A DNA stretch of 64,000 nucleotides from contig NC_043017.1 in NCBI RefSeq assembly GCF_006345805.1, positions 11,656,001 through 11,720,000 of the forward strand, in the 5' to 3' direction. The DNA is from Octopus sinensis (Eukaryota). This document shows, piece by piece, positions 52,101 through 64,000 of the stretch. Within the stretch, counting starts at the first letter, position 1. Every line of letters starts with the position of its first letter. The position numbers were made by a program, and so were the translations under genes. The notes beneath the pieces are model-generated. The model was not told the origin of the DNA. It saw only the letters and a list, made by a program, of their open reading frames with translations, and did no database searches.

Positions 52101-54590
52101 TTATTATTACCTTTTTTCCTGTAAGGTCAATATACTAAATTACCCAACATGCACCAGGGTCATTTCATTTAGCTCTTCTATTTCTTGGTAACAAATGTGC
52201 CAATCTACGAAATCTTTATTATTGTTTAAAGTGTTTTTTTTCTTTCTTTATTAAATTATTTTCAAATACTTCGACAATTAAAAGAATTGTTTTGTTTTTC
52301 TTTTTGCGTCTGAAAGTTAAAACTTTAAAGAAATCTAATTTCAACTGTGATTTTTTTTTTTTTTAAACACAGAAGTATTAAATTAATTGGGAGAGAGAAA
52401 GAGAGAGAGAGAGGGGGGATGAAGAAAAAGATTGCATGAAGAAGATGCACAGAAAACCCAACAAAAATACACTTCCTCCAAAAAAAGCCACACACACACA
52501 CACACACACACACACAGATGGAGACCTTTTGATTTTTCTCTCTCCATATTTTAAATATTTAAATATTTATTTATTGGTGTCGTTTCTCTTAATGACATTA
52601 ATTTTATAATATTCTTGTATCTTTTTTTTAATATATTTTTTTGTCTTTATTTGATGCATTTTATCAAAATTTAATACGAAGGAGCAGAAAGTTTACGAGA
52701 TGTGTCTATCTGTCTGTCATTATGTCTATCTGTCTGTTTGTCTGTCAGTATGGCTGTCTGTCTGTGTCATTTTCAGCCATGTCTACTTCATTATCTTCTT
52801 CTTCTTTATTGTCATCATTGTCATCTTCATCGTCATCGTCATTGTTATCATCATCATCATCAACATCTTTTTTCAATTTTTCTCTCCAGATAGCATCATC
52901 ATCATCTTTGTCATCATCATCATCATCATCATCATCTTTTCTTCTTCTTGATCTTTTCTCAGATATTAATTGTAAAAGGCTTCAAACTTAATATTTGGAT
53001 TAAAAAAAAAAATCAAACAAACAAAAAAATCAAATAACAAAAAAATATTGTAAAAAAAATTAGAGACCAAAGCTAGAAATTGATAAAATTATCCCCACCC
53101 TTTCAAAAGAAAAAAGAAAAAGAAAATGAAACGGCAAAGAACAACAACAGAAATAATGGGTAAATAAAACACCATCATCATCATTACCACCACCACCAAC
53201 AACAACAGCAGCAGCAGTAATAGTAATAGCAACAATAACAACAGCAAGGAGAACAAAAGTACAATATTATTGAAGATAACATTTTATGTAAAACCATCAT
53301 GGGATGTGTTTCCTCCTCCTGCTACGTTCTCTCATCTTGCTGTACTCCCACCATACCTCATGCTGCACTTTGTAAAAGACCACCACCACCACCACCACCA
53401 CCACCACCACCACCACCACCACACCACCACCACCACCACCACCACCACCACCACACCAAAAGAAGTAAGGCAAAAAAAAAAAAGCTACAAAAACATATTA
53501 CAAAGTTAGTAACAAAGCAAAATTTTTAAAAAATGAAGACAGTACGAGAAGTATTAATATAGCTGAAATTATCTCCCCCTGGTAGGGTTTATATTCCTTA
53601 ATATAAGAATGTCACAACATCACAAGAAACAGAAATTAAACAGGATTCTTGGTATTGATCCTTTATCTTTTTTTTTTTTGTTCTGCTGTATATTATCTCT
53701 TTTTTTTTGCATAATTTTTATCCTCATTATTGGCAGCCGTGGCAGCAAAGTGGGGAGTAGTGTTGGTTGAGTGGGTGGGTGAGTGGGTGAGTGAGAGGGC
53801 AAATGTTGTTTGTTTTTGTTATTGTTGTTGATGGCAATTTTGGTTTTCTAATTTCCTGTACACCACAGGAAGTATCTTTTGAGTGATAAATAATCATATT
53901 TTTAAAAAAAATAAATAAAAAGAAAGGAAAAAAAAATCCTAAAAATACATACATTAATCATATATTATTATTATTATTATTGGCATTATTAGTGCTGTTA
54001 TTGTTATTGTTGTTGTTTTCAAACATCTGTGAGAAATAACAACAAAACAGCAGCAGCAGCAGTAATAGCAGCAATATCAACAGCAACAGCAGTACCACAA
54101 ACAGCAGCAGCAGCAGTAGCAGCAGCAGCAATAGTAGTAGTAGTAGTAGTAAAAACCAAGACTCTCAGATTGGATAGCATTTGAAAAATTCTAAAGTAAT
54201 AAATTTCAAAAATTTTACCGATATCTTTCCAGAGCAGTTCCCTGTGTGTGTGTGTGTGTGTGTGTGTGCAATTTTTCATTTCAAAAATCCTTTTCAGAAT
54301 GGAATTTTAGAAGATCCCTTCCATGCAATTTCTCTTGCTTTCTTTTCTCTTTCTATATATATATATATATATTAGTTGTTTGTCTTTTTTGACATTTTAT
54401 TTTTTATTTTTTTTTATTTTTCACTAGTAATTTAATTTCAAGAAAAAACCAAAAAAAAACCTATGTAATCAAAATATAATAATAATAGTAAAAAATTAAA
54501 ATGGAAACAGGAAGGAAAATAGTTTTGTATGTATATCGCTTCCTCACCTTCTGTCTCCCCACTCTCCCTCTTGCTTACACACACAACACA

Positions 54591-54624
<34 letters not shown>

Positions 54625-54949
54625 TATACTCACAGTCATATAATTGTGTGACCATATGCACCCACATTTTTCATGCATATGTCTCAGGATATCCATGAAT
54701 TTTTTATGCATTTATGTATACACACACACACACACACATGTGCGCACACACATACACACATTTTTTCCTGGTTACATCTAACAATACTGAAATGCTGTAT
54801 CTTTGAGATATGTAAAATTACAAAGGTGAATGCTCAATATCACAACAATATTGTGGCAAAGACTTATACAAATATACGCACATAAATATACATTTGAATT
54901 TCAAAATATTTGCATTTAAATCAACTGAGGAACCATACGATCCATAGAA

Positions 54950-55125
54950 ATTAGTTTCAAATTTTGGTACAAGGCCAGCAATTTCAGGGGAAATGTTATT
55001 GACCCTGAAAGGATAAAAGGCAAAGTCAACGCCAGTGACACTTGAACTCAGAATGGAAAGTTGGAAGAAATGCTGATAACCATTTTGTCCATCACGGAAT
55101 GAATTCTGCCAGCTTGCTGCCTTAC
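54950..55125 (-). mobile_element. SINE family B, diverged
   Basis: gaccctgaaaggataaaaggcaaagtcaac...ctgccagcttgctgcc. Confidence 0.7.
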
Positions 55126-55154
55126 AATCTATAGTAATTGATTATTAAACACAT

Positions 55155-55525
55155 ACTCTTTTTACCCTTTTACTTGTTTCAGTCATTTGACTGCAGCCAT
55201 GCTGGAGCACCACCTTTAATCAAGTAACTCAACCCCGGGACTTATTCTTTTGTAAGCCCAGTACTTATTCTATTGGTCTCTTTTGCCAAACCGCTAAGTA
55301 ACGGGGACATAAACACACCAGCATCGGTTGTCAAGCAATGCTAGGGGGACAAACACAGGCACACAAACACATACATGCATATATATATACATATATACGA
55401 CGGGCTTCTTTTCAGTTTCCATCTACCAAATCCACTCACAAGGCTTTGGTCGGCCCGAGGCTATAGTAGAAGACACTTGCCCAAGGTGCCACGCAGTGGT
55501 ACTGAACCTGGAACCATGTGGTTGG
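55155..55525 (-). mobile_element. SINE family A
   Basis: Reverse complement of 32871, with the head truncated. Confidence 0.9.
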
Positions 55526-55870
55526 CATACACATAACTATGACAATATTTATGGTCACATGTTAAATGAAATTAGAACATACTAAATCACTACTTTTCAA
55601 GAATGAAGGCTTGATAACCAGGCACCATATAAGCAGTCAACTTTTGAATTGTTAGATTTAAATACAGGCAAATATATATATTCTACAGAAAACCTAATGG
55701 AAATTTTATGTTTATTGCTAAGATTTCCAACTATCCTTCTGTTATCTGAAGTAATTTAGTTAGAAACATCATCAGGTGAATTCCTGATATATTTACAGAC
55801 AAAACAATGGTTGACAGATCAGATACTTATTACAATAAGGCTTTAGAACATATAGGATTCAAAGAAAAAG

Positions 55871-56103
55871 AAACAATTGCAGCGTGGAAGGTGTTTGTAA
55901 GCCATTTAAGAAACACACAAAAGCCATTCGATTCACTTCAACATTTAAGTTTAATTTGTCAAAATATTTTTGTCAGTGAACAGGTCGCGGTCTTAAAGCA
56001 ACGAAAATATTTTGACAAATTAAACTTAAATGTTGAAGTGAATCGAACGGCTTTCGTGTGTTTCTTAAATGGCTTACAAACACCTTCCACGCTGCAATTG
56101 TTT
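55871..56103. mobile_element. Inverted repeat (~100-bp arms) around a G3-C8 hammerhead-like core
   Basis: aaacaattgcagcgtggaagg...ttgtcaaaatatttt and its reverse complement; same family as 5681-5837. Confidence 0.9.
55969..56019 (+). ncRNA. Type I hammerhead-like motif, G3-C8 swapped core
   Basis: tttgtca GTGAACA g gtcgc ggtcttaaa gcaac GAAA atat TT tgacaaa; 7-bp stem I; stem III palindrome AATATT. Confidence 0.7.
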
Positions 56104-57316
56104 TCGTTTCAGCACAGGATCTCAGATCAAATCACTTGCTATGCAAGTACATCTCCATAAAAAAGAAACAGTTTTACACCTAAGAAAAGCACTATTTAGA
56201 CTGAGGTAAATATAAGCAAAAAAAAAAAGCAAACAAAAGAAAATCCCAACAAAAAACATGTAATCATAACTGAAATTTCATGTGGTACTTTTCTAAGGTC
56301 CAAAAATATGAAAATATGATATTGAAATATTTCAAGATTAGAAACAAACTGCGTAAGTTCAGTAAAATATCAAAACAAATTTCCGCTACTTTTCCGGTGT
56401 TGGTAGCTTTATTGAAAGCAGCATCTGCGTTAAAGCATGGCAAGCACTTAGAAATATTTTCATGATTGATAACTGAACTGTTGCTAAGCCTTGTAACCAA
56501 AGCAATAACCAATCCCATGCAACCACAGGCAGTGCCAAACTATTCATTTATGTCACTTTGTTCATAAAGATAATGCTGAAGCAATAGTCTACCAAGCAGA
56601 TATCATACATCACTTCAAGTTCCAACATTCACTAAATTTCACAAAAGCAATTCTCAAATCCACTTTTAAGTAGTCCAGTAAAAACATAATGCCACCACTT
56701 TGTCCAGATATGTATGGCAACTAAATGAGAATCATGTAAATTTTAATGTTTCATGGTTATTCCTCAGCTCATAGTAAGAAATACATAAATAGAAAAATCC
56801 TCTGTAGCTTCTGTAAGAAGGAAAATAACAATTATTTTTAAACGGGAAGAATAAGTTAATTAATACGTATCATCCTGGTAATATATTATATTTTACCAAT
56901 TCGGATTAAGATGTTTGATGTAAATTGTTACTCCACCTTGCTAGAAGTTCACCCACTGACAATCAAGATGTAGTTTACTGAAAATCCAAGACTGACAACC
57001 TATTATGGGTGCACTATAAAAAAATTTGAGTTATTATAAATCTTTCATTAGCTGATTACAAAACCATGGATGCTGCTCCTATGTTTATATTGCAGTAACT
57101 CTCATTGACTGTCACCCAGACAGATTTTCTGACCAACAAGTGACTAAATGAAAATCTTCATCCAGTACGAGACATCAACAAAAAAATGTAGGGTCAGATT
57201 CATAAGGCATTGCTGGAGAGCTGAAGATGAAATTGTGAGTGAGGTTCTTTTGTGGAAGCCTGACACAAGGAAGAGCTAGGGGACGACAAGCAAAGACCTA
57301 TGTCAAGTGTATTTAA

Positions 57317-57536
57317 CCCTTTTGTTACCAACCCGGCTGAAACCGGCTCTGGCTCTGAGTACAAATGTCTTGTTTTCAAAAGTTTTGAATTAAAATCTTC
57401 CATCAAACCTTAGTCACAATTTATGTTCCTAACACTAGCTGAATGATAACCAAGTCATTTTACGAAATTCTTTGTTATATTTATAGTAATTGAAAGAAGC
57501 ACAGAGCATCTCAAAATAAATACAGTAACAAAAGGG
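57317..57536. mobile_element. piggyBac-like MITE, second family
   Basis: ttaa|cccttttgttac...gtaacaaaaggg|ttaa. Confidence 0.85.
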
Positions 57537-57981
57537 TTAAGGTGACAGATTGAAATCCCTCTGGCCGGCTGAATAGAATTAAACTGTGACTGAGTGTCAT
57601 GGAAGCACATGCAGGCAGTGCAACCAGTTGATGATAAAGATTTTGCTGCAATGATGAAGAGACGGTGGAGCCAACGCATCACTGGGCAAAGGCCTACAAT
57701 TATGAAAATTCCTCCCCTTTTGTTAGGGACAAAGGGAACGACTTTGGCAAGGAACTCCTTTTGTTTTCAATCATTCAAGATCTTTTGTTCTGCTCTGTTC
57801 TATTAACATGTACGCTACATGTCCATGTGTCTATAATTCATGCATAAATAACATGTAGTTAACACTGACTACTAAAATACTTTATACATACACATGTATA
57901 TACACATACATACATACATAGTCACATGCATGCACATGCTTGCTTACATAAATTATTACATATATACATACATAAATAAAG

Positions 57982-58024
<43 letters not shown>

Positions 58025-58314
58025 CAGAATGTATTGCAATGAGATAGCTTTTGAAGAGAAGAAAACAAGTTCGGGAGACTGTTTAATGTTGCTGATCTTC
58101 ATAGAAATACATAAACTCACACTTACAGAGACAGTAGCACACACACACACACACACACAATTGAGCACATACATACAGATGCATATGCAGACACTCATGC
58201 TCGGACATACATCTATTGACACACAAGTATTCCCATAAACCACCACAGCCATGCATAGACAGACTGGTACTAACACACATAGAAATACATAGACACACAC
58301 ACACACGTGTCTGC

Positions 58315-58361
<47 letters not shown>

Positions 58362-58663
58362 CAAACACACCCAACCATATCCCTACCCACCCCAAAGTCA
58401 ATATACCAATAGATATTTATCATCATTATGTGGTGATTTATGTCTAAGTGTCTCAGTATCATATATTTGATCACTTCTATTGGGGACAACTGCTTTCAGA
58501 TTAGGTGAGCTGCTAAACAAACTTTTACATTTGTCACTCTACATAGTTACCCCCACAGATGCAGTTATCCCTATTTGGAGTTAACCCACAACTACAGTTA
58601 TATCAGCCTGTATAGTTATTGTACTTGTAGGTTAAACAAGGTTTTACAGTTATCTTTCTTCAC

Positions 58664-58806
58664 AGTAGTAGTAGTAGTAGTAGTAGAAGAAGTAGTAGTA
58701 GTTGTAGTAGTAGTAGTAGTAGTAGTAGTAATAGTAGTAGTAGTAGTAGTAATAGTAGTAGTAATAGTAGTAGTTGTAGTAGTAGTAGTAGTAGTAGTAG
58801 TAGTAA

Positions 58807-58846
<40 letters not shown>

Positions 58847-58858
58847 TGTTGTTGTAGT
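58664..58858. repeat. (TAG)n microsatellite
   Basis: Seen directly. Confidence 0.95.
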
Positions 58859-60078
58859 ATGGTGGCATGTGCTGTAATAGTGCATTGCTATTTCTGCCAT
58901 TAGTTGGGGATTCCCTTCTCCTGGTAGATGACACCTTTGCACCATACAGGCGACACCCCTCCAACCCATGGGTCTGTTTGGGTAGTCATTGCTGATGAGG
59001 GTTTTACAAGGGTCAGAGTGCAAATCCTACCTCAACTTCTTTTAGTTGCCTTTCATGACATGCAGAGGAGAAGTTGGGTCTATTCTTTGACACGTACTTC
59101 CCCACACAGCATACGTTAAAAGCATTTTGGTTAAAATTCAGAAAATCTGTGATTCATACAATATCAAGACAAGATTCAAAAACAGGTCTACCGTCGTTCA
59201 TGGTTTCCGCCAACCAAATTACAGCCATAAGGTATTGGTCAACTAAAAACTATAAAAGAATACAAGCACCCAAAGAGCTGCAGAGATTGAACCTGGACAC
59301 TGCTGTTGGAACATGAACGCTTTAACCACATAACCATAAAACATATATTTTTAGTTATAACCCGAATGTTATTATTTTTGTAGAAAAACTAGATATTTTT
59401 TCACCCTATTAATATGTTATAAATATTTAATATAAAACATAGTGAACTGTTTCTTATTTATATATATATATATATGTGTCTATCAATATACAAATACAAA
59501 CATATGTATCTATATATGTATATATATATATATATATATATACATATAGAGAGAAAGAGAGAGCAATGTGTGTGTGTGTATGTGTGTGTGTGTGTGTGTG
59601 TATGTGTGTGTGTGTGTGTAGCTGTTCATTCAATTTGATACACTGATTTGCCAAAATTCAAGTAGACATTGAAATAAACCATAAAGCTAAATTGATGTTA
59701 TTAATATAAGAAAATGGGAAATTTAAAAAAAGATTATGTAAAGACAAAATTTTTCTCTCTATATATATAAGTATACAGCATTCAAATTTTCTAAATATTT
59801 AGATTGGTATTTTTACACAAAGATTCTGTTAAACAAATATACATCTCTCTCTTTATATATATATATCCATAAATAACAGTTCAATATGTGATATATTGCA
59901 CAGTTTTTTTTTTTTTTTTGAAAGTGTGCACAGCATGAGTTTTATTATTTTTCATTGCCTGCAGCCAAAGTGTGTTATTAAATACAGTGACTGCTTGTAC
60001 ACTTGATATTGTTCTTTTGAGTATCTTGTATGTATTTGTTCTGTTTATATGTATGTATATATGCAGAGACACTGCTTT

Positions 60079-60114
<36 letters not shown>

Positions 60115-60410
60115 ATATATATAATATATATATATATATAAATGCCTCTGTATGTGCATGAGTGCATTTGCACATGTGCATGCACTGTAACTTTTGTGTC
60201 TATATATATATATATATATGCACAAGCACACTTATCTATTTACAAATTTATGAATATTTATACATATGTGTATGTGTCTGTATCTATTAAAAATGCATAC
60301 ACAGATATTTATAATTTATATGCATGTAACATCTTTTACACACACACATACACATATCTACACACACACATATATATATAAATATGTTTAAATTTAAGGT
60401 TATATATATG

Positions 60411-60484
<74 letters not shown>

Positions 60485-60549
60485 TATATATATATTTATG
60501 TTTAATTTAAGGTCATATATATATGTATATATATATGTGTGTATATATA

Positions 60550-60582
<33 letters not shown>

Positions 60583-61176
60583 CATACATACCTACATACA
60601 TAGATATATGTGTGTATGTACATATGTGACTGTACATGCATACATACATGTATATGTGTGTGACTCCATTTTGCCCTTAGGCTCTTTAGGATATACATCA
60701 TGTATATTTCACCATATATGTACATACACATCTATACATACATGTGTGTGTGTGTGTGTGAGTGTAAGAGAGAAGAATGTGTGTTTCTATTTGTCCACTG
60801 ATTGAAAGAAAAGTAGAAAATAAACGATTTTAGTATAATGAAGATACAAAATTTATTGAGTGGAAATTTGAAATTTCGAAAAAGAAAAAGTAACAGAAAG
60901 GTCCCCAAAACAAAACAAAACAACATATCAATAAACAAAACAACAAATACATGATCAAATAAAACGAAAAAAAATATATCTGCTGAAAAGTAAATTGATA
61001 TGTAAAAAAAAAAAAAAAAAAAGATATTCATACATGCACACATAAAGAGACAGATACACATGCACACACACACACACACACACAGTCACACACACTCAAA
61101 CACACACACTCTCACACACACACACACATATATATGTAGACACAGACACAAGTATATGCATGCATACAATCTCCCA

Positions 61177-61230
<54 letters not shown>

Positions 61231-62431
61231 GTAGGCACAGACACAAGTATATGCATGCATACAATCTCCCCCCCACACACGCACATATATATGTAGACAC
61301 ATACATAAATATATACATGCATACAACCTCGCCCACACACATGCACATAAATGTACACAATTACACACATACGGACATATATGCATTAACATCCACACAA
61401 AAATATTGAAGAATATGGATAGTATGGAAGAGAGGGGTTTTGAGATTCAAGATTGGCCTCACCTGTTTATTTGATATTCTATAACAGAAGAAGAAGCAAA
61501 AACATAACTGGGTCACATATAAATGATATATTTTTTTTTTTAAGATTTAAATATTGGTAGGGCTTTCAGGCTGAAAGTGATGGTAGGGTGTCTGAAGTCA
61601 GTGGTGATAGCGGTATGTATGTATGTAAGCCTATACATAACTGCGCATCTGCACATATGAGTGCAATGGGCAAAAGAAAAAAGACATCAGCTCCACTTAT
61701 TGGTGTAGTGAGTGTTTTAAATGATTAGAAAGGATTTAAGAATGAAATTATATTAAAAAATAAATGATGACTCTAGGACTGATAATGATAATGATAATAA
61801 TAAGCTGAAAAGAATGGATAGCATGGTACTTATAGGCTGCAGGTAGCAAGCCCACTGCACATGCAAGACTCCAGGAGTTCCAACAAAAACTGTGATTAGA
61901 AAGGAATCGTTGAGAGAAATTTAAAAAAATTAGAAATTGGATAAAGAGTTAATAATATGTAAAGTGAAATTTTAGAAAAGGAATTGAAAAGCAATTGGGG
62001 TCATAGCTTTAAGCTCCATATATGTTTGTGTGTGTGTATATATATACACACACACACATGTAGACTACATAAACAAAAATGTACAAACACCTGTCTATTT
62101 TTTCTCACCTACTATGTATATATATATATATATATATATATCCATGTAACTGTTTGTGTGTGTGTGTGCACACGCGTTTGCACACACACACACACATGCA
62201 TACATTTACACACACCTGGCAGTCTGTGAAATCTGCAGAGAAACAGGCCACTGCATTAGTTTATGGAAATTATATATCATCATCATCATAATTATCATTT
62301 AGTGTCTAGTTTTCATGCTGGCATGGGTTGGACAGTTTGACTGGAGCTGGCAAACTAGACAACTGTGCCAAGTTCTGCTGTTGGTTTTGGCATAGTTTCT
62401 ATGACTTTATGCCCTCCCTGATGCCAACCAC

Positions 62432-62618
62432 TTGGATTACTATGTGTGGAGCACGGCTGAGAAAGACATCAACTGCTCTGCCCAAAATGTGGAAACTGAG
62501 CTGATGGTCAAGATTAAGATGTTCAAAGATATTCCCAGTGACACAATGAGGAATATATCCATCAATCTGGACCTATCTTGTGGCTCTGGTGGAAGCTGAA
62601 TGCAGCCACTTTGAATAA
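62432..62618 (+). pseudogene. Tc1/mariner transposase C-terminal remnant
   Basis: LDYYVWSTAEKDIN...ALVEAECSHFE*. Confidence 0.65.
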
Positions 62619-62827
62619 AATGTTATCTCCCAACCATGATCTAGTAGATAGGTTTTGATGTTTTATGGAATATTGTGTTTTCTTTCCCTCTTTTGCAAAC
62701 TGTCAAATTTAGCCCAAACATCCTGTAAATGAAGGGAACTTGAGATGGTCCTGGCTACAAGATCTTCAACCAAAGATCTGTTTAGTCAATTCTGACTTGA
62801 GACTAAACACTACCACCACCATCATTA

Positions 62828-63134
62828 CCGTAAAAAGAACCATCCGAATCGTGGCCGAAGCCAGTGCCGCCTCGACTGGCTTCCGTGCCAGTGGCACATA
62901 AAATGCACCAATCTGACCGTGGCCGTTGCCAGCCTCGCCTGGCACCTGTGCGGGTGGCACGTAAAAAGCACCCACTACACTCACGGAGTGGTTGGCGTTA
63001 GGAAAGGGCATCCAGCTGTAGAAACATTGCTAGATAAGACTGGAGCCTGGTGCAGCCTTCTGGCTTCCTAGATCCCCGGTCGAACCGTCTAACCCATGCT
63101 AGCATGGAAAGCGGACGCTAAACGATGATGATGA
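62828..63134 (+). mobile_element. Family D with (GAT)n tail
   Basis: ggttggcgttaggaaagggcatccagctgtagaaac...gcggacgctaaacgatgatgatg. Confidence 0.8.
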
Positions 63135-63654
63135 AGATTTACATAAAATTGACTGGAAAATAGATTAGCCCACCATCACCTGGACTTTCACGACCACAAA
63201 CACCACACTATCAACCTCTATTGACATTAATTACATAAGCACCTTCTGCTAACATCATTTTAAGCACTTACGCCACCATCACATCCTTATTAATAACAGC
63301 TGCCATCGTCTTCATTATCACAACCATCACATCACATCTCAGAATAGAACCACTTTACCATTTCAATGTGTTGCTATTATCTTCATTGACTTACCACCAC
63401 CCCACCAAGATCTCTACACCTTGACTCTCCCCACACCCCCAGCCTTGCCTAGTTCAATGTCCTTCTCAGAAAACATACAGACAGCATAATGGGGGGAGGG
63501 AGGAGGAGAGACATTGTGTAGATTGCTCTAAATGTTATTCTTGGCATTCAGTGTGAGTGTGTATGCGTATGTATGTGTGTGTCTGTGTTTATACAAATAT
63601 GAATATACTTGTATGCATACATATACACATAATGTGTATATACACACAAATATT

Positions 63655-63735
63655 TACATATGTATACCTATATATGTATACATATATATATATATACATA
63701 TATATGTATGCATATATATACATATATATGTATAC

Positions 63736-63776
<41 letters not shown>

Positions 63777-63925
63777 TACATATATATATACATATATATG
63801 TATGCATATATATGTATGCATATATATATATATACATATATATATACATATATATATATACATATATATATACACATATATATATACATATAAATATATA
63901 TATATATATATATGCATATATTTGT
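63655..63925. repeat. (TA)n/(TACA)n compound microsatellite, representative of many similar tracts
   Basis: Seen directly; similar tracts near 220-430, 20965-21420, 28090-28345, 30170-30510, 38130-38415 and 60370-60600. Confidence 0.95.
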
Positions 63926-64000
63926 ATGTGTATGTGTAATTACTCTTATTATCACCACCATCATCATAATCACTGATATTATTGGTAGAAGAGAGTGGTT

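Noticed and set aside
57594-57806. 70-aa ORF containing QPVDDKDF
   Set aside because: Only a faint resemblance to a pogo-type QPLD motif, with no other support.
58990-59020. CTGATGA motif; also on the minus strand at ~55769
   Set aside because: No correctly placed GAAA or flanking stems.

Overview
Repeat-saturated, AT-rich eukaryotic DNA that appears non-coding (intronic or intergenic). The tRNA-derived SINE families and extreme microsatellite load suggest an octopus genome; this is inference from recalled repeat families, not a database hit. No intact protein-coding gene is supported. Nearly all ORF-track entries are microsatellite read-throughs, and the recognisable peptides are decayed transposon fragments: Tc3-like and DD37D Tc1/mariner, hAT, RTE, CR1-like, an RLE-type LINE and possibly a Gypsy integrase. 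There are also many SINEs, MITEs, non-autonomous Helitrons and one 100-N gap. The main signal is about 17 type I hammerhead-ribozyme-like motifs, intact or decayed, in short elements of about ten sequence families, mostly next to (TA)n tracts. Several sit in head-to-head inverted repeats (a perfect 354-bp palindrome, a 776-bp palindrome and others). The catalytic cores covary at the 3-8 pair (C-G, U-A, G-C), a U6 variant recurs, and stem III is (near-)palindromic in the well-preserved motifs. This fits non-autonomous Penelope-like or retrozyme-type elements. Structures were read by eye, activity is untested, and repeat boundaries are approximate.
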